From an uncultured Rhodobacter sp. (GTDB lineage Bacteria > Pseudomonadota > Alphaproteobacteria > Rhodobacterales > Rhodobacteraceae), in assembly GCA_945952585.1 (NCBI GenBank), contig CAMFII010000008.1:53234-117233 (forward strand): 64,000 bases of DNA, given 5' to 3'. The notes beneath the pieces are model-generated. The model had not been told where the DNA came from. It saw only the letters and a program-made list of their open reading frames with translations, and did not search any database. The translations under genes and the position numbers were made by a program. Shown one piece after another: positions 60,227 to 64,000 of the stretch. The stretch's first letter is position 1; the number at the start of each line of letters is the position of its first letter.

Positions 60227-62428
60227 TCAGACGATCCCGCTCGCGCCGCTGCCGTCCAGATGCCAAAGCTGGAACAGCCCGGTCTCGTTGCCGGCATAGG
60301 GCGCCGTCGGCGGCGTGAAATCCGCGATGTAGCGCTCCGTAAGCCAGACCGCGTGTTCATCGCTGGTCCCGGGCCACTGATAGGTCGCGGGGCTCGATCC
60401 GAAGGCGTTGACGCCATAAACCGAGCTGCCCGCTGCCCGGACCGGGATTGCCGCCCCCTCGCTCGCGACAAGCGCACCGTCCAGGTAAAGCCGGCGCTGC
60501 GCTGGTGTGCAGACCAGCGCCACATGGTGCTCAAACCCGTCAGCCACTAAAGGGTTGGTGCCAGCGACCGAGTTGGTGCTGTCGCCTACATAGCTGTCGG
60601 CAGAACTGGCGTTGCGGAAGTTGCCCACGATCCGTCCAGCACTGTTCACGCCGATCCAGCCCTTGTTGGACATGCCGGCCAGGACGCGCGCGGCAGCCGG
60701 TGGCGCAGACAGGGTGAATCGCGCCTCGATCGTCCAGGTCGCAACGGACGGAAGGGCGGCCCCCGCCGTCGAGGTCAGGCCATATCCCGCCGTCGCGCGC
60801 TGGCCAAAGCCGGTGATTGACGTTCCATAGGCCGCCGACGTCATGGTCAGGGCCTGCGCCGCTGTGCTGGCCACGATCGGCGCTGCGGTCACCGCCCGGA
60901 CAGTTCCATTCAGAGGACGTCCGATGCCAAATCCGTCCGCGCTGTTGTCATAGATCATGTCGGCGCCACCATCCGCCACAGGGTCGCTGCCGCGCACGAA
61001 CCAGACGTCCAGCGCCACCCCATCGGCTTGCGCAGCGGCAAGCTTCAACGTGATCGTGTTGCCGCTGATCGTGATCGGCGTTGTCGCGTCCAGGGGAAGG
61101 GCCGTGCCGGTATCGCCCCGCGCATAGACCTTGAACCGCGTTGCCGGTGACCCGATCGAACTCAGCCCGGTCGCCCCCGAGGGAAGGGCCACCGTCAGTG
61201 CGATGTCCGTCTGGCTCGCCCGCAGGGCCGAAGTGATAACGGGCAGCGCATTGCCCCGCATCGCCCGGCTGAAGGCCCGCGCCAGCGCAACGCCGCCAGT
61301 CTGCGTTTCGTGGACTCCATCGACCAGCGCCACGTCAACCGGCTGAACGTAGGTTCCACCATTTGCGGCCGCCCAATCCGCCTGCGTCTGCCGGATGCTG
61401 GCAATCCGGTCGCCCGTACCCCAGCTGGTCGACGAAATGTTCGGCAGGGCGCAAAGAAGCTTTCCGAAGCTCGCGCCCATGACCCCATTGTGGGCGGTGA
61501 TGCTGGCAAACAGGCTGTTGAGCGCCTGCCGGTAGACCAACGGAGCCGTACCGGCGCTTGAATCGCTGTGCCCCTGGAACCAGATGAACTGCTCGAACCC
61601 GCCGACCGAGTCGAGCACCGCCAGAAGTGGCGTGTTTTCCGTTCCGCCGGGCACGAACGCGCTGATGGCCTGCGCGCCCCGGGCATGCCCGACCAGGGCA
61701 CACGTCACGCCATGCGCCGAAATCTGATCCTTGAGCAGCACGGCCGCCCCGGCACTGTCATATTTGCCGCTGTCTGTGGGGAACGCCCAGGCCGGCGTCA
61801 GGTCAGTTTTCTGGCTGTCCTGATAGGTACCATAGATCACCCCGTTCGCATCCGGCGTGATCGCCAGGTCGGTCAGCGTGGTGGTCTGGCTGTCCATCTT
61901 GGCAAAGAGGCGAACCGCCAACGACTGCCCTGCCAACGCGATGACCCGACCGACACCCAAGGGATGCGCATAGCTGTGAATCGCCGTCGCCCCATTCGTT
62001 CGGAACTGGATGGTCAACCAGCCCCTTCTGGCAGGGACATCCGGGCAGACAATCGCGGCGGTCCCCGCCCCGAGCCCGGTCGCTGCGACAGTCCAGTCCT
62101 TCAGCACCGTCCCGTCTTCGGCCTTCAGCACCCGATAGTCGAGCGTTGCGGCCGCACCGCTCAACGTAACCTGGAAGGTAAGTGTTCCTACGCCCTTCCC
62201 CCCTTCGCCACCGCTCACCGTCCGACGCTGTGCGACTGAATAGGCCGCAGGGCCGGAGACTGCCGTGATGACGTTCACCGCAGTGTCCGCCACCGTAAGT
62301 TCACCGGCGGCCATGACCCCCGCAATCGCCTTGTAGGTTCCCGGCACGGTCGGCTTCACAGCCACACCTTCTGCCGCGTCCAACTCGATGATCGTCGTGG
62401 CCGCAGGGATGAAATATTGCTTCACCAT
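60227..62428 (-). CDS. SGNH/SASA-type carbohydrate esterase with a C-terminal LamG/ConA lectin-like domain; no signal peptide
   Basis: VGRVIALAGQS, FIWFQGHSD, DGVH; C-terminal WTIEARF, HHVALV, RLYLDG, FTPP, LWHLDG; GAGGGAG RBS. Confidence 0.7.
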   Translation of the reverse strand: MVKQYFIPAATTIIELDAAEGVAVKPTVPGTYKAIAGVMAAGELTVADTAVNVITAVSGPAAYSVAQRRTVSGGEGGKGVGTLTFQVTLSGAAATLDYRVLKAEDGTVLKDWTVAATGLGAGTAAIVCPDVPARRGWLTIQFRTNGATAIHSYAHPLGVGRVIALAGQSLAVRLFAKMDSQTTTLTDLAITPDANGVIYGTYQDSQKTDLTPAWAFPTDSGKYDSAGAAVLLKDQISAHGVTCALVGHARGAQAISAFVPGGTENTPLLAVLDSVGGFEQFIWFQGHSDSSAGTAPLVYRQALNSLFASITAHNGVMGASFGKLLCALPNISSTSWGTGDRIASIRQTQADWAAANGGTYVQPVDVALVDGVHETQTGGVALARAFSRAMRGNALPVITSALRASQTDIALTVALPSGATGLSSIGSPATRFKVYARGDTGTALPLDATTPITISGNTITLKLAAAQADGVALDVWFVRGSDPVADGGADMIYDNSADGFGIGRPLNGTVRAVTAAPIVASTAAQALTMTSAAYGTSITGFGQRATAGYGLTSTAGAALPSVATWTIEARFTLSAPPAAARVLAGMSNKGWIGVNSAGRIVGNFRNASSADSYVGDSTNSVAGTNPLVADGFEHHVALVCTPAQRRLYLDGALVASEGAAIPVRAAGSSVYGVNAFGSSPATYQWPGTSDEHAVWLTERYIADFTPPTAPYAGNETGLFQLWHLDGSGASGIV

Positions 62429-62452
62429 CGGGTCGCTCCCTCGTCCTGTCTT

Positions 62453-62758
62453 TCAGTGCCGAAACATCAGATGGCCGCCATTGCGGCTGTCCGAAGGAAG
62501 CGCCCCGCGACGCCCCGAGGGCATCACGTCGCCCGCAACGCCCCTGCTGCCCCCAGTCAATGGCAGCATGCCACCTGCAACAGCTGCAGCCTTAACGGCA
62601 GCCGTCGCTGTTCCGCCAAGATCCAGCACGCCCGCGCCCGAGGCGCTGGCGCCCCCGCCCGTCCAGGTCGCGCCCGATGCAGAAATCGCGTTTGCAACTG
62701 GCGCGTCGCCGGTCCAACTCGCGCCGTCGGCGGCGATCGTGTTCAGCATCTCTGTCAT
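62453..62758 (-). CDS. Small Ala/Gly-rich hypothetical protein with two WTG repeats
   Basis: TIAADGASWTG / AISASGATWTG repeats; fills the gap between co-oriented cassette genes. Confidence 0.5.
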   Translation of the reverse strand: MTEMLNTIAADGASWTGDAPVANAISASGATWTGGGASASGAGVLDLGGTATAAVKAAAVAGGMLPLTGGSRGVAGDVMPSGRRGALPSDSRNGGHLMFRH

Positions 62759-62764
62759 CTGCAA

Positions 62765-63166
62765 TCAGGCCCCGCCCGCCGTAAGGCTGAAGGCCGTGAC
62801 CGTCACCGCTTGCCCCAAGGCCAGAACCGGATTGTCCAGGGTCATGGCCCCACCACCGCCAGTCGCGGTGACATCACCCTGGATGTGGCAGACCGATCCC
62901 TGATGAATCCGGAAATGCCCGGCTGTGCCCGCCGCATCCGCGGACAGATCCTGCCAGACGCCAAGCAATTGCTTGCTTCCCGTTGCCGCCGCCGCCAGCC
63001 AGTCGGAAGGCAGAGCGACCGTTGCAAGGACAGTTCCGCTGTCTGCCTGACCGCAATCCGCGGGAGCGGGACCGTCACGCAATGTCAGCACCGGGGACGC
63101 CCCCACCGCGACCTCCATCGCGTCAAGTGCCGCGTTTCTCAACACCGTCGAAAACTGAAAGGCCAT
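62765..63166 (-). CDS. Phage-type hypothetical structural protein (MAxQFS...RNAxLD family)
   Basis: MAFQFSTVLRNAALD...GTVLATVALPSDW...SADAAGTAGHFRI...QGDV...LDN..L..GQ.VTVT.F.LT.G, a pattern recalled from tailed-phage late genes. Confidence 0.65.
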   Translation of the reverse strand: MAFQFSTVLRNAALDAMEVAVGASPVLTLRDGPAPADCGQADSGTVLATVALPSDWLAAAATGSKQLLGVWQDLSADAAGTAGHFRIHQGSVCHIQGDVTATGGGGAMTLDNPVLALGQAVTVTAFSLTAGGA

Positions 63167-63353
63167 CTGCCACCCCGTGAAATCCGTCGGGCGCATGCCA
63201 TTCGCGCCCTATGGACCTCATGGGTAAGCGGTAAGGCCTAACGCCCTCCTGGGGCTGCGGACGCTGACAGAACGGCGACGCAACGCCACCCGGATGCCAG
63301 GATGCGCTGCCTCCATCGCATCCTGGGCCGGCGGATCGGTGCTTGGTCAGGGA

Positions 63354-64000
63354 TCAGCTGGCAGCAGCGTCGGCTTCGCTTGCAGTCTGTGCCAGACGGA
63401 TGACCGTCGCGCTGCACGGGGCCTCGGCAACGACCTGGCTAGAGACGGATCCCAGGTACCGCCGGGTCGAGGAATGCCCGCGTGCGCCCATCAGGATATG
63501 ATCGACGTGGTTGTTCGCCGCATAGTCGAGCAGCGCCCTGCCTGGATCGCTGTGTTCGAGAATGGTGTAGGTCAGCCGCTCTTCCGGCAGTTCCAGCTTC
63601 TCGGCCCACGCCCTCAGCGTGACCAGCCGCGAGACATGGATGTTCTCACCGTCGTCGGTCGTGATCGGGTCCAATCCGATCCGCGCCGTCTTGATGACGT
63701 TCACGCAGGCCACCCGTGCATCGGGCTGGATCACCAACATCCGCTGGACCCATGTCAGCAGGCGGTGCGCCAATTCCTCCATCTCGGCCGACAGGTCGAC
63801 CGCGACCATCAGGATCGGCGCGCGGTCGATCTGGCTCAGCATGGTTGGTGGTGCCGCAAAGCGGCGGACTTTCCGCATCTTCCGCCAGCGCCGGAACACC
63901 GTCCAGAACCCGTCCCGCTGCGTCTTCAGGCCACGGGCGGTGATCTTGACCTGCTTCGGATGGCTCAGGTCGAACAGCATTTGCGAGGCCGACTGATAAC
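63354..64000 (-). CDS. C-terminal part of a probable Ser/Thr kinase-universal stress protein fusion; runs off the right edge
   Basis: Frame stays open to the edge (YQSASQMLFDL, like a kinase C-lobe end); USP motifs MVAVD and LMGARG...LGSVSSQVVAEAPCSATVI. Confidence 0.75.
   Translation of the reverse strand, partial: YQSASQMLFDLSHPKQVKITARGLKTQRDGFWTVFRRWRKMRKVRRFAAPPTMLSQIDRAPILMVAVDLSAEMEELAHRLLTWVQRMLVIQPDARVACVNVIKTARIGLDPITTDDGENIHVSRLVTLRAWAEKLELPEERLTYTILEHSDPGRALLDYAANNHVDHILMGARGHSSTRRYLGSVSSQVVAEAPCSATVIRLAQTASEADAAAS

Noticed and set aside
63167-63296. CtrA box upstream of the phage-like cassette
   Set aside because: Only TTAG/TTAC/TTAC at 7-nt spacing on the minus strand, not TTAA-N7-TTAAC; the GTA-satellite idea therefore has no promoter-level support from this sequence.

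Overview
High-GC alphaproteobacterial chromosomal segment; gene content and order point to the Rhodobacterales (Rhodobacteraceae/Paracoccaceae). From left to right: a partial SDR, a small membrane protein and an S49 peptidase; a LysR regulator and the NAD-dependent Mo-formate dehydrogenase operon fdsGBACD, with a DUF4287-type gene inserted between fdsB and fdsA; an orphan priming glycosyltransferase; rluA; an OYE-family flavoenzyme divergent from a porin; a metallophosphoesterase and aldehyde dehydrogenase; a 1-Cys peroxiredoxin; a PLP enzyme; a cupredoxin + FTR1 iron-uptake pair; an L,D-transpeptidase; the pnp-rpsO-truB-rbfA-dapB core block; rsmB-like, heparinase II/III-like, purH, lspA, an M16 peptidase pair, mutL and rmuC; zur-znuABC with a Zur box; galM; a purine/urate catabolic cluster (puuD, LysR, uraH, puuE-uraD fusion, allE, allA) interrupted by an NYN nuclease and a DUF1326/DUF2182-type pair; a divergent GAPDH paralogue; a TerB-like gene; and a P1B-4 metal ATPase. 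The most unusual element is an isolated 3.3-kb, four-gene cassette at 59904-63166 whose proteins resemble phage virion parts (a BppU-like protein and an SGNH esterase-LamG protein) with no other phage genes nearby. No tRNA, rRNA, CRISPR array, integrase or transposase was recognised. Product calls rest on motifs read from the translations, not on database searches.
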